A DNA stretch of 35,944 nt from Candidatus Omnitrophota bacterium. GTDB taxonomy: Bacteria; Omnitrophota; Gorgyraeia; Gygaellales; Profunditerraquicolaceae. Where the stretch lies: the NCBI GenBank assembly GCA_028687345.1, contig JAQUAH010000002.1:1-35944 (forward strand), in the 5' to 3' direction. This document shows positions 9,152 through 17,331 of this stretch, one piece after another. Made by a program: the position numbers and the translations under genes. The first letter of the stretch is position 1. Each line of letters starts with the position of its first letter. The notes under the pieces are model-generated. The model searched no databases. It saw only the letters and a list, made by a program, of their open reading frames with translations, and was not told the origin of the DNA.

Positions 9152-9377
9152 ATGAAGGCCCTTGACATTTTCTGAAGTAGAAATATTCAGGGATTTCAAG
9201 GATCCAATTCGCCCAACTAACTTACGTTGTGTAAATTATGGGCTCATTGGAGGTAGAAAGGAGGGAGCACAACCGTTAGTAATAAAATATAGTTTTTCAA
9301 TTAAATTAACAGCCCCTGCCTGGCGGCAGGGATAGCAATTGATAGCAACCATTTTTGAAAGGGAGGTGCGTGAAGAA

Positions 9378-10526
9378 ATGAAAAAGATATTAGCAGTTAT
9401 GGCAGTTGTATTTTTGGCGATGCCGCTTTGTGGCTGGGCCCAAGAAGAAAAAGTGCCACCTAAGGAATTTGTGGTTTATGTGGATAAGAACAGCCGCGCA
9501 AATCATTATATTCCTTCAGGCTGGATGGGTGATTACGGGGATATCAAGATGAACGACCAGTTTATGGAGAATCCTCAAGACGGCATAACCAGCATTGAGT
9601 TTAAGTATAGCGGTAAGAAATCTCAAGGCCAGGGTTGGGCAGGTGTCTACTGGCAGAATCCGGCTAACAACTGGGGCAGCAAAAAGGGCGGTTTTGACCT
9701 TACAGGAATGACAAAGCTCACCTTTTGGGCGCGCGGCGCCAAGGGAGGAGAGGTAATTCAGAAATTTGTCGTCGGCGGTATCAAAGGGACTTATCCGGAT
9801 ACAGCAGAAGTTGAGATGGGGCCGGTTGAGCTTACCGATACCTGGAAACAATACACCATTAATCTTGCAGGCCGCGACCTTTCCTATATTAACGGCGGTT
9901 TCTGCTGGGTGACTACTGCTGATTTAAACCCGGAAGGATGCACATTCTATATTGATAATATAAAACTTGAATCAGACCCGACCTTGAAGCCAGAGGCTAA
10001 AAAGCAGGAGAGTATGCCGTTTTACGTCTATGCTGACCGTTCTACGGTAGGCAACCACTTTATCCCTTCAGGCTGGATGGGTGATTACGGGGATATAAAA
10101 TATGACGGCGCATCAAAAGAAGACCCTTACTTAGGCGATTCATGCGTAAAGATAATCTACAACAGTAAGGCTACACAGGGTGCACGCTGGGCAGGCATCT
10201 ATTGGCAGAATCCGGCTAACAACTGGGGAAATGTAGATGCGGGTTTTGACCTCTCTAAGGCTACAAAGCTTTCTTTCTGGGCTCGCGGTGAAAAAGGCGG
10301 GGAGCGCATTGAGGAGTTTAAGGTCGGCGGGATTATGGGTGAATATTCTGACTCAGATAGCGCCAGCATCGGCCCGGTCATATTAAACAAAGAATGGACA
10401 CAATACACCATTGACTTAAAAGGCAAGGATCTTTCTTACATCATCGGTGGTTTTTGCTGGGCAACGAATATTGATAACAATCCTGAAGGTGCTACGTTCT
10501 ATCTGGATGAAATTAAGTACGAATAA
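9378..10526 (+). CDS. secreted protein made of two tandem ~170-aa repeats (putative carbohydrate-binding beta-sandwich modules)
   Basis: AGGGAGG RBS then ATG 9378. Signal peptide MKKILAVMAVVFLAMPLCGWA. Both halves share H(Y/F)IPSGWMGDYGDIK, WAG(V/I)YWQNPANNWG, GFDL..TKL(T/S)FWARG.KGGE, GGFCW and NPEG.TFY.D.IK.E. Confidence 0.8.
   Translation: MKKILAVMAVVFLAMPLCGWAQEEKVPPKEFVVYVDKNSRANHYIPSGWMGDYGDIKMNDQFMENPQDGITSIEFKYSGKKSQGQGWAGVYWQNPANNWGSKKGGFDLTGMTKLTFWARGAKGGEVIQKFVVGGIKGTYPDTAEVEMGPVELTDTWKQYTINLAGRDLSYINGGFCWVTTADLNPEGCTFYIDNIKLESDPTLKPEAKKQESMPFYVYADRSTVGNHFIPSGWMGDYGDIKYDGASKEDPYLGDSCVKIIYNSKATQGARWAGIYWQNPANNWGNVDAGFDLSKATKLSFWARGEKGGERIEEFKVGGIMGEYSDSDSASIGPVILNKEWTQYTIDLKGKDLSYIIGGFCWATNIDNNPEGATFYLDEIKYE
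9468..10523 (+). repeat. intragenic tandem duplication (repeat 1 about 9468-9975, repeat 2 about 10014-10523)
   Basis: Protein-level duplication, plus two perfectly identical DNA tracts: 9513-9544 = 10065-10096 (32 nt) and 9651-9676 = 10203-10228 (26 nt). Confidence 0.85.
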
Positions 10527-11823
10527 AAGAAATACAATTGAACACCAGGGCACCTGTCACCGGGACACCGGGTTTAAACCGGTGCACTGGTGCACCGGTG
10601 CACTGGTGTTTTTATTTTTTCTTTCATTTTTGCTAGGTGCCTCTTCACAATCTGCAAGCAAAGTTTCCGTTAGAAAACTTAAAAATGGCCACTTCCAATT
10701 ACTGGTTAACCGCAAGCCTTACATCATAAAAGGCGTCTGTTACAACCCCATCCCCATCGGGAAAAATCACGAATCTGACTGGTGGTCTGACCCGAATAAA
10801 CCCTGGATTGTAGACGGGAAATTGATGAAGGAAATGGGGATTAATACTATCAGGATTTATCAGCCTGGCGATAATCCGGAAGAAGTCAAAAAGGTAATCA
10901 GGGATTTATATGAGCTTTACGGGATACGCACGATTTTGGGGAACTGGCTCGGGTTTTGGGAATACCCCTGTCCTTTTTACGGCGATAAGGATTTTCAGGA
11001 GAGGGTAAAAAATGAAGTTACCCGGATGGTAGAATTATATAAGGATGAACCGGGGGTACTTTTATGGATTCTAGGCAATGAAAATAATTACTCCTGCCTT
11101 GGCCGCGTTAATCCCTGGTCAAATGACGAGATAGATAAGGAGCCTGACCCGCAGAAGAAAAACTCCATCCGTGCCAGGATTTATTATTCTTTTGTAAATG
11201 ATATCGCCGGCAAAATACATGAAATAGACCCGAATCACCCTGTGGCGCTGGGTAACGGAGAGTTGCTGGGGTTGGAATCGGCAAACCAATACTGCCCTGA
11301 CATTGATTTAGTCGCCTGTATTATTTACAGGGGCAGGACCTTCGGCAACCTTTTTAATTCCTTAAAAGCTACTTTTGACCGGCCGGTTGTGATTGCCGAA
11401 TTCGGCGCAGATGTATATGATGCTTATTTAAAAAAAGAAGACCAGAATATGCAGGCATTTTTCCTGGAGTCGCAGTGGCGCCAGATTTATAGCAACATAG
11501 CTAATGCCCCGCAGGGCGCAGGCAATTGTTTAGGCGGGACAATTTTTGAGTGGAGCGATGAATGGTGGAAGCACGACGAAAATAACCCTGACAGCTGGAA
11601 GGTGCATGATACTGAATCAAACTGGTCAAATGGCAGTTATTATTTTGATATCAAGGCAGAAGGCAACAAAAATATGAATGAGGAATGGTTTGGTATTGTG
11701 GCCTTATCAGAAGAGCTTGAAGACGGGTTGAATAAACGCATCCCGCGCAAGGCCTATTATGTAATCAGGGAATTCTGGAAGAACCCCACTATAAAAAAGC
11801 CAAAAGTTAAAGGTAAAAAATGA
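10507..11823 (+). CDS. secreted clan GH-A-like glycoside hydrolase, paralogue of the catalytic half of 6815-9151
   Basis: Motifs KPYIIKGVCYNP, GINTIRIY, LGNENNYS, VIAEFGADV and FEWSDEWWK. Hydrophobic signal segment LVFLFFLSFLLGASSQSAS. The start is uncertain: ATG 10507, GTG 10582 or GTG 10606 are all in frame. Confidence 0.75.
   Translation: MKLSTNKRNTIEHQGTCHRDTGFKPVHWCTGALVFLFFLSFLLGASSQSASKVSVRKLKNGHFQLLVNRKPYIIKGVCYNPIPIGKNHESDWWSDPNKPWIVDGKLMKEMGINTIRIYQPGDNPEEVKKVIRDLYELYGIRTILGNWLGFWEYPCPFYGDKDFQERVKNEVTRMVELYKDEPGVLLWILGNENNYSCLGRVNPWSNDEIDKEPDPQKKNSIRARIYYSFVNDIAGKIHEIDPNHPVALGNGELLGLESANQYCPDIDLVACIIYRGRTFGNLFNSLKATFDRPVVIAEFGADVYDAYLKKEDQNMQAFFLESQWRQIYSNIANAPQGAGNCLGGTIFEWSDEWWKHDENNPDSWKVHDTESNWSNGSYYFDIKAEGNKNMNEEWFGIVALSEELEDGLNKRIPRKAYYVIREFWKNPTIKKPKVKGKK
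10543..10620 (+). terminator. long imperfect GC-rich hairpin followed by TTTTTATTTTTT (intrinsic-terminator/attenuator-like)
   Basis: Left arm caccagggcacctgtcaccgggacaccgg, loop gtttaaa, right arm ccggtgcactggtgcaccggtgcactggtg, then a T-run. It starts 17 nt after the stop of the preceding gene but lies inside the 5' end of the next long ORF. Confidence 0.45.
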
Positions 11824-13439
11824 AAATCCAAAAAAAATTTTGTATCTTAATTTGTTGTTGTGCGTTGTGCGCCATGCGTTATGTAGTGCCCTGTTTTGCT
11901 CAAGGTAATGACAAATTAGTTCTCTTGAGCAAACAAATCATAGAGGCAAAGACCGATGAGGAGCTATACGGTTATTTTGAAGAATTGAGCAATATATATT
12001 TTGAAGGCAATAAATATACTGAGTTTATAGATTTCTTGAAATCATTGGCCGAAAAAAAGAAAAAGATAGAGCCATTCATAAATTATTATGTGGGTCTCAC
12101 CCGCTACAGGCAGCTCAAATACCTTGAAGAAAAACAAATCTGGGATGAATATTTTAGCCAGGGTAATACCTATAGGGATGAAATTGCTGCGGCAATGCAA
12201 AAGGTTGTTGATACGGCGCAAGTATCTGAGCCGCTTCGCCTTTATGCCCGGCTTATCTTGTGGCAATTCCACAAAGACCAGCAGGATGTCTTTGTTGACC
12301 AGGCACTCACGGATTTAATGGATTCCGCTTTTGAATATGCAAAGACGGCGCATGATACAAAACCCATAAAAATAGTTGCCGACAGGCTTTCTTCTTACGG
12401 AGAAAAAGGAAAATCTAAAGAATTGTACAGGATTTATGCGGATAAGACAATCAGTTCCGAAATAAAAGATGATGAACTCAAAGAAATTGCCTTTGGTTTT
12501 TATAAGGAAGGGAATTTAGATCTGGCCGAGACTTTTTACGACGTTTATGTTGAACGGATTATGAAGACCGACTATAGAAGCCTCACTCCACCAAAAATAA
12601 TACCCTTGCTTATAGATATCGCCAAGCAATTTTCTTATAAAGACCGCCAACCGAATGACCCCCTATATGCAGAAAAAATATTTGAAAAGATTGAAGGGTT
12701 AGCCGGGGAAAAGGGATTTGACCAGGATTTAATCTATTTGCGGGCGCTTAACTTAGAGAAAGCAAAAGAATACATTAAGGCAAAGGATTTATATCTTAAG
12801 CTTATTGATTCTAAGGCGCCTTATCTTGATAAAATAACTTATAAAATAGGCATTATCTATACCTATATCTTAGGAGATATAAAACAGGGAAAGGATTATT
12901 TCGGGAAGTTGGCGCAAAAACAAAGCCCTATTGGCCGGGCAAGCCTATATCAGCTAGGCCTTTTAGCGCAATGGCAAAATGACCCTGATAAGGCAAAGGA
13001 ATATTACAATAAGCTTACAGAAAATGCAGGTGAGCCTGCCGCATCCCCTGAAACAATAAATCTCGCCAATGAGAGGCTAAGAGAAATAGAAGATGGCGAA
13101 CCTCTGGAATACAGCCTCAGGACATTTCTCGATGCGGCCTTAAAAGAAAGAAACTTAAGCTTGCAGGAGAAGGGCATAAGCTTAAACTGCCATCCTTACG
13201 AGGCAAAGAAAAATGAAGAAGTAAATATCGCTTCAACTTCTTATACTTCAAGTAGCGGTTGCCTGCAGGTGGAAATACAATATCTTTGGTCCGGACAGCT
13301 CGGCAAAACTAAGCCCTCTGCCGACACGCCTTCCTTCAGTACCTCTTATTCCGAGGCAGGAACTAAAGAAATAAATTTGGTTGTAGTTTCGCCTAGCGGC
13401 ATAACTGGTGCGAATTTTGACTTACTTGATATAGATTAA
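11820..13439 (+). CDS. secreted TPR-like repeat protein with C-terminal beta-rich (Ig/PKD-like) region, hypothetical
   Basis: ATGA overlap with the upstream stop. Signal peptide ending CFAQG. Repeated amphipathic helix pairs rich in Y/L/A/K. Ser/Thr-rich beta-like C-terminus. Confidence 0.7.
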   Translation: MKIQKKFCILICCCALCAMRYVVPCFAQGNDKLVLLSKQIIEAKTDEELYGYFEELSNIYFEGNKYTEFIDFLKSLAEKKKKIEPFINYYVGLTRYRQLKYLEEKQIWDEYFSQGNTYRDEIAAAMQKVVDTAQVSEPLRLYARLILWQFHKDQQDVFVDQALTDLMDSAFEYAKTAHDTKPIKIVADRLSSYGEKGKSKELYRIYADKTISSEIKDDELKEIAFGFYKEGNLDLAETFYDVYVERIMKTDYRSLTPPKIIPLLIDIAKQFSYKDRQPNDPLYAEKIFEKIEGLAGEKGFDQDLIYLRALNLEKAKEYIKAKDLYLKLIDSKAPYLDKITYKIGIIYTYILGDIKQGKDYFGKLAQKQSPIGRASLYQLGLLAQWQNDPDKAKEYYNKLTENAGEPAASPETINLANERLREIEDGEPLEYSLRTFLDAALKERNLSLQEKGISLNCHPYEAKKNEEVNIASTSYTSSSGCLQVEIQYLWSGQLGKTKPSADTPSFSTSYSEAGTKEINLVVVSPSGITGANFDLLDID

Positions 13440-13480
13440 CCCTTGCCTGCCCATAAGTTTCCCTTACTTATTAAAAATAC

Positions 13481-13509
13481 TTGACTTATATTTTCTTTAG
13501 TAGTATAAA
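13481..13509 (+). promoter_or_regulatory. candidate sigma70-type promoter of the ROK regulator gene
   Basis: TTGACT (13481-13486), 17-nt spacer, TATAAA (13504-13509). Followed by an AT-rich direct repeat ataaataat ataaataat. Confidence 0.4.
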
Positions 13510-13581
13510 TAATATAAATAATAAATTCTTTTATAAAGACTAATCCCACAGAAGTTAACGCCATAAAGCGCTAACAATTCA

Positions 13582-14817
13582 ATGTACCCGCTAGATTTCC
13601 AGAGAGAAGAACTCACAGAAAAAGAAAAACGCAATATTGATATATTAGAGATATTAAGGAGGCGCGGCCCCATTAGCCGTCCGGATATTTCCAAAGAAAT
13701 GGGCATAAATGTGGTTACCATTTCTAATTACATCGATGAGTTTATAAAACACAACCTGGTGTATGAAAGGGAACTGGATATTTCCGAAGGCGGCAGAAGG
13801 CCTTTGCTCCTGGATTTAAACCCGCAGGCCAGTTTCGTCATCGGCGTCGGTTTAAACCTGATGAACATGGTCGGCCTTTTGATAGATTTAAAAGGCAATA
13901 TTGTTACCAAAACCCAGATCGCGCGGCCAAAGGCATCAGTCAAAGAAATTGCCGAGTGCTTACTGGAAATTGTACGCGAGATACTCAGGCGTTCAAAAGA
14001 ATATGCGTCTAATATCAGGGGCATAGGCGTAGGGATAGCAGGGCTGGTCAATAAAAGAAATGGCTCAATACACTGGCCCCAGAAGATGGACCACTATTAT
14101 ACTTATGCGTCGGTGGACTTGCCGCTTAGAGAGCTCATGGAAAAGGAATTTAATCTGCCTACGTTAATTGAAAACGATGCTACCAGCGCATGTTTTGGCG
14201 AGCATTGGCTTGACCTGGAGCATGGGTTTAAGAATGCCCTCTATATGTTTTCCGGTGTAGGTTGCGGGATAATGGTTAACGGAGAGGTTTATCGAGGGGC
14301 TCAAGGGTATGCCGGAGAGGTTTCCATTTATAATTATAAGGAGCAGGACCTTTTTAATTGTGCCGCGGGTAAAAGTTGTTTCTTGAAGCGCTGGGAAATG
14401 GATTTGGGGATAGTAGATGATTTAAAGACAATGTTAGCCGATGATAAAGAAAGGGGAGCGAGGTTTTTTAAGCTTACCTCTAGCACAATAGATAATGTGG
14501 ATTTAAAGAGCGTCTTTATCGCAGCAAGGGCAAAGGATGAACTGGCGCTTTCGTGTCTGGCCATAGCTGCAAAGAGATTAGGGATAAAAATTGCATATCT
14601 GGTAAACTTATTTAATCCGCAGGCTGTGATAATCGGCGGAGGATTTGAAGAGGCGGGGGAGGATTTCTTAAACAAGGTTAACTCTACGGTTAGGGACTGG
14701 GCTTTTAGAGAAGCTACCGATGATTTGAAAATTGCCTATTCTCAATTGAGAGAAAACGCAGTGGCATTGGGCGCTGCAAGCCTGGTAATGCAGAAGGTAT
14801 TCGCCCAATTATGGTAA
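13582..14817 (+). CDS. ROK-family transcriptional regulator (N-terminal winged-helix + sugar-kinase-like domain)
   Basis: N-terminal HTH region ILEILRRRGPISRPDISKEMGINVVTISNYIDEF. ROK motifs GVGIAGLVN, ENDATSACFGE and GVGCGIMVNGEVYRGAQGYAGE. Confidence 0.85.
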   Translation: MYPLDFQREELTEKEKRNIDILEILRRRGPISRPDISKEMGINVVTISNYIDEFIKHNLVYERELDISEGGRRPLLLDLNPQASFVIGVGLNLMNMVGLLIDLKGNIVTKTQIARPKASVKEIAECLLEIVREILRRSKEYASNIRGIGVGIAGLVNKRNGSIHWPQKMDHYYTYASVDLPLRELMEKEFNLPTLIENDATSACFGEHWLDLEHGFKNALYMFSGVGCGIMVNGEVYRGAQGYAGEVSIYNYKEQDLFNCAAGKSCFLKRWEMDLGIVDDLKTMLADDKERGARFFKLTSSTIDNVDLKSVFIAARAKDELALSCLAIAAKRLGIKIAYLVNLFNPQAVIIGGGFEEAGEDFLNKVNSTVRDWAFREATDDLKIAYSQLRENAVALGAASLVMQKVFAQLW

Positions 14818-14866
14818 GTGGCTACTGCTCCGTAAGTTATCTGTTTATTTAAGGAGGGATAGGATA

Positions 14867-16024
14867 ATGGAACAAAAGACAAAATTTATTCTCTATGGTC
14901 TTATCGGAGTAACAATAATCTGTTTTTTTCTTTTTGTCTCGACCTTAGGTGCAAAGCAAAAGTTAAAACAGCAGCTGGATGATTTGAATAAAGAAAACAC
15001 AAGCCTTAATGCCCAGGTGAATAAGTTGGGGGATGAGTTACGCAAAAGACAGGGAGAAAGCGAGACACTGCGCAGGGAGGTAACTAATCTGTCCCAGGAA
15101 AAGCAGAGCCTGGAGGGTAAATATAATTTAGTGCTCAGGCAAAAAGAAGAATTGGATAAGAAATTAAAGGAAAAACAACAAGAGGTGCAAAGGGAAGCAG
15201 CGCCGGACGCGCCTCCACTGCCGCAGTCAGCAGAGAGTTATTGGGCAGGGATTTTAAAGGCAAAGACCGACATAGAGATACAATTGAACAGTATTCGCAA
15301 TGAGCTAAAATCGGCCCAGATTAATAACGAACAGTTACAAAGAGAAAAAAGCACCCTTGAGCTAGATATAAACAACCTTACCCGCGAGAGGGAAGATTTA
15401 AAACGCCAGTTAGAATATAACCAAAAAATTATGGATAGCATAGCCCAGGAATTGGTAAGGGAAAGAAATGATAAGATCCAGATTCAGGAGAGTTTCAAGG
15501 CCATAAAAAATGAAAATACAACCCTAAGCAGGCAATTAAAAAGCCTGAATAACCGTAAGATTAACCTGGAGAGAAATCTGCAGGAGCTTTCGGAAGAAAA
15601 GGGGAACGTTGAGCGCAGGTTTACCGAAATGGAAACAATGCTGACGGATAAGCTCTCCCAAATAAATGACCTCAAAGACCAATTAGACGCTATACGTAGC
15701 GGTCAACAGAAACCGGGTGCTGATAAAGAAAAAGAATCTGTGCAGCTTTCCCCCATAGTCGTGCGGCCGAGGCAGGAAGCATCTATCAGCCAACAGGGCG
15801 TAGCTGATTCTACAGCCAAGGTACTGGCCATAAACAGGGAAAATAATTTCGTGATTATAGACGCGGGAGAAGAATCAGGATTAAAGGCAGGCGATACCTT
15901 CCAGGTGTATAGCGGCAATGAGCGCATTGCCAGTATTGAGGTGATAAAGATCAGTAAGAGCGTTGCCGCCTGCGATATCAAAAGAGAAATCTCTCCGGTT
16001 AAAATCGGGGATACGGTTAGATAA
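14867..16024 (+). CDS. membrane-anchored long coiled-coil protein with small C-terminal beta domain, hypothetical
   Basis: AAGGAGGG RBS. N-terminal TM FILYGLIGVTIICFFLFV. About 250 aa of heptad-like E/K/Q/L-rich sequence. C-terminal VLAINRENNFVIIDAGEESGLKAGDTFQVY...IGDTV. Confidence 0.7.
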   Translation: MEQKTKFILYGLIGVTIICFFLFVSTLGAKQKLKQQLDDLNKENTSLNAQVNKLGDELRKRQGESETLRREVTNLSQEKQSLEGKYNLVLRQKEELDKKLKEKQQEVQREAAPDAPPLPQSAESYWAGILKAKTDIEIQLNSIRNELKSAQINNEQLQREKSTLELDINNLTREREDLKRQLEYNQKIMDSIAQELVRERNDKIQIQESFKAIKNENTTLSRQLKSLNNRKINLERNLQELSEEKGNVERRFTEMETMLTDKLSQINDLKDQLDAIRSGQQKPGADKEKESVQLSPIVVRPRQEASISQQGVADSTAKVLAINRENNFVIIDAGEESGLKAGDTFQVYSGNERIASIEVIKISKSVAACDIKREISPVKIGDTVR

Positions 16025-16050
16025 CTAATACTTAGTTTTCATTATATATA

Positions 16051-17073
16051 ATGGCACGCAGTAAAAAAAGTCCTTCCAGAAGTGTTTCTATAGAAGATGT
16101 TGCACGTCTCGCCGGTGTATCCATTAGCACGGTCTCGCGCGTAATCAACAAATCCCCCTCGGTCAAAGAAAGAAACCGCATTAAAATCCTGGATGCGATA
16201 AAAGAGCTTAAATTCCAGCCCTCAGTGGTTGCCCAGAGGCTGGCCAGCGGCAAAAGCAATGTCGTAGCACTTGTTATACCGCGTTATGAAGGCGTGTTTT
16301 ATTCTTTTTATGCCCTGGAATTAATCCGCGGGATAGGTACGCTATGCGCAGCACTGAAGCTCGATTTACTGCTGCACCTTACCGATAGCCGTACCCTTCT
16401 TAATTTAAAGGGAGTGGGAGGAATAATTTTTGCGGACATTATCGGTAATCGCCAGCAACTTGAAGATGCGTTTAATTTGGGCATCCCCTGTGTCGTAATC
16501 AATAACTGCATTGAGGACCTGGCGGTCAGTTGTATCGGCATTGATAATAAAAGCGGGGCGGAAAATGCGGTCAATTATTTAATAAGCTTGGGGCATAAAA
16601 AAATAGCCCATATCAGCGGCGATTTAGTAACTCAGGCAGCAGCAATGCGCCTGGAGGGTTATAAGCGTGCGTTGAAAAAAAACGGACTTACTTTAAAAGA
16701 GGAATATATATTTAAAACAGATTACTCGCGCGGCCAGGCAAGGAGCGCAGCAGAAGATTTGCTCAAAATGCCTGATGCTCCCAGCGCAGTATTTGTTGCC
16801 TCTGATTCTATGGCCCTTGAAGTGATGGCAGTAGCAAGAGAATTGGGTAAAGATATACCGCGGGATCTGTCTATCGTGGGTTTTGACGATAATCCCTCCG
16901 GGCTTTATGGGCCCGTAGCCTTGACTACAGTCAGGCAGCCGTTAATTAAAATGGCAGAAGAGGGCGTCAGGGAATTGGGCCGGATTATGGACTCAAAGAA
17001 CGCTCCTGTTAAGATAAAGAAGACTCTCTTGGCTACAGAATTGGTTATCAGAGACTCTTGCAAGGAGCTTTAA
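16051..17073 (+). CDS. LacI-family transcriptional regulator
   Basis: N-terminal HTH IEDVARLAGVSISTVSRVINKS followed by a periplasmic-binding-protein-like sugar-binding core (VGFDD motif). Confidence 0.9.
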   Translation: MARSKKSPSRSVSIEDVARLAGVSISTVSRVINKSPSVKERNRIKILDAIKELKFQPSVVAQRLASGKSNVVALVIPRYEGVFYSFYALELIRGIGTLCAALKLDLLLHLTDSRTLLNLKGVGGIIFADIIGNRQQLEDAFNLGIPCVVINNCIEDLAVSCIGIDNKSGAENAVNYLISLGHKKIAHISGDLVTQAAAMRLEGYKRALKKNGLTLKEEYIFKTDYSRGQARSAAEDLLKMPDAPSAVFVASDSMALEVMAVARELGKDIPRDLSIVGFDDNPSGLYGPVALTTVRQPLIKMAEEGVRELGRIMDSKNAPVKIKKTLLATELVIRDSCKEL

Positions 17074-17132
17074 TTTTACCGCCAGTAGCAATTTAGTTAT
17101 AATACAACTTATAGGATATTGCTGAACAAACC

Positions 17133-17148
17133 ATACTATATATTGTAT
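17133..17148. promoter_or_regulatory. NrdR-box-like 16-bp palindrome
   Basis: ATACTATATATTGTAT is 14/16 self-complementary. It matches the recalled NrdR-box consensus acaCwAtATaTwGtgt at 14/16 positions and lies 7 nt upstream of the -35 hexamer of the nrdJ promoter. Only one box was found. Confidence 0.4.
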
Positions 17149-17155
17149 TTTATAT

Positions 17156-17184
17156 TTGACAAGCAACAAGGTGAGTGGTATAAT
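17156..17184 (+). promoter_or_regulatory. consensus sigma70 promoter upstream of nrdJ
   Basis: Exact TTGACA (17156-17161), 17-nt spacer, exact TATAAT (17179-17184). Confidence 0.6.
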
Positions 17185-17192
17185 TTAAGTGA

Positions 17193-17331
17193 GGCCAAAA
17201 CTTATGGAGCGAAAGCGAACATAAGTTTTCTGGCCAAACTTACCCTTGACATTTTTGGGAGTTAGTAAGGATGAAAAATGTCAAGGGTCAATTCGCCCCG
17301 TTTCTTGCATTCTGCAAGAATGCGGCGGGGC
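17193..17331 (+). promoter_or_regulatory. structured 5' leader of nrdJ (three strong hairpins), function unknown
   Basis: Hairpin 1, 17193-17235: ggccaaaacttatg / cataagtttt(ct)ggcc, with an inner GC-GAAA-GC cap. Hairpin 2, 17243-17287: perfect 14-bp stem cccttgacattttt / aaaaatgtcaaggg. Hairpin 3, 17295-17331: gccccg+ttcttgca / tgcaagaa+cggggc, ending 5 nt before the SD GAGGGGG. Confidence 0.4.

Noticed and set aside
9159-9171. The 13-mer CCCTTGACATTTT shared between the region after the GH gene (9159-9171) and hairpin 2 of the nrdJ leader (17243-17255), as a possible common regulatory site.
   Set aside because: In a 36-kb AT-biased window several exact 13-mer coincidences are expected by chance. 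The flanking sequence is unrelated, and at 9162 no acceptable -10 hexamer follows the TTGACA.
17101-17132. A second NrdR box upstream of, or downstream of, the palindrome at 17133-17148.
   Set aside because: Sequences at the expected spacing of about 31-32 bp on either side match the consensus poorly, so only a single candidate box is reported, with reduced confidence.
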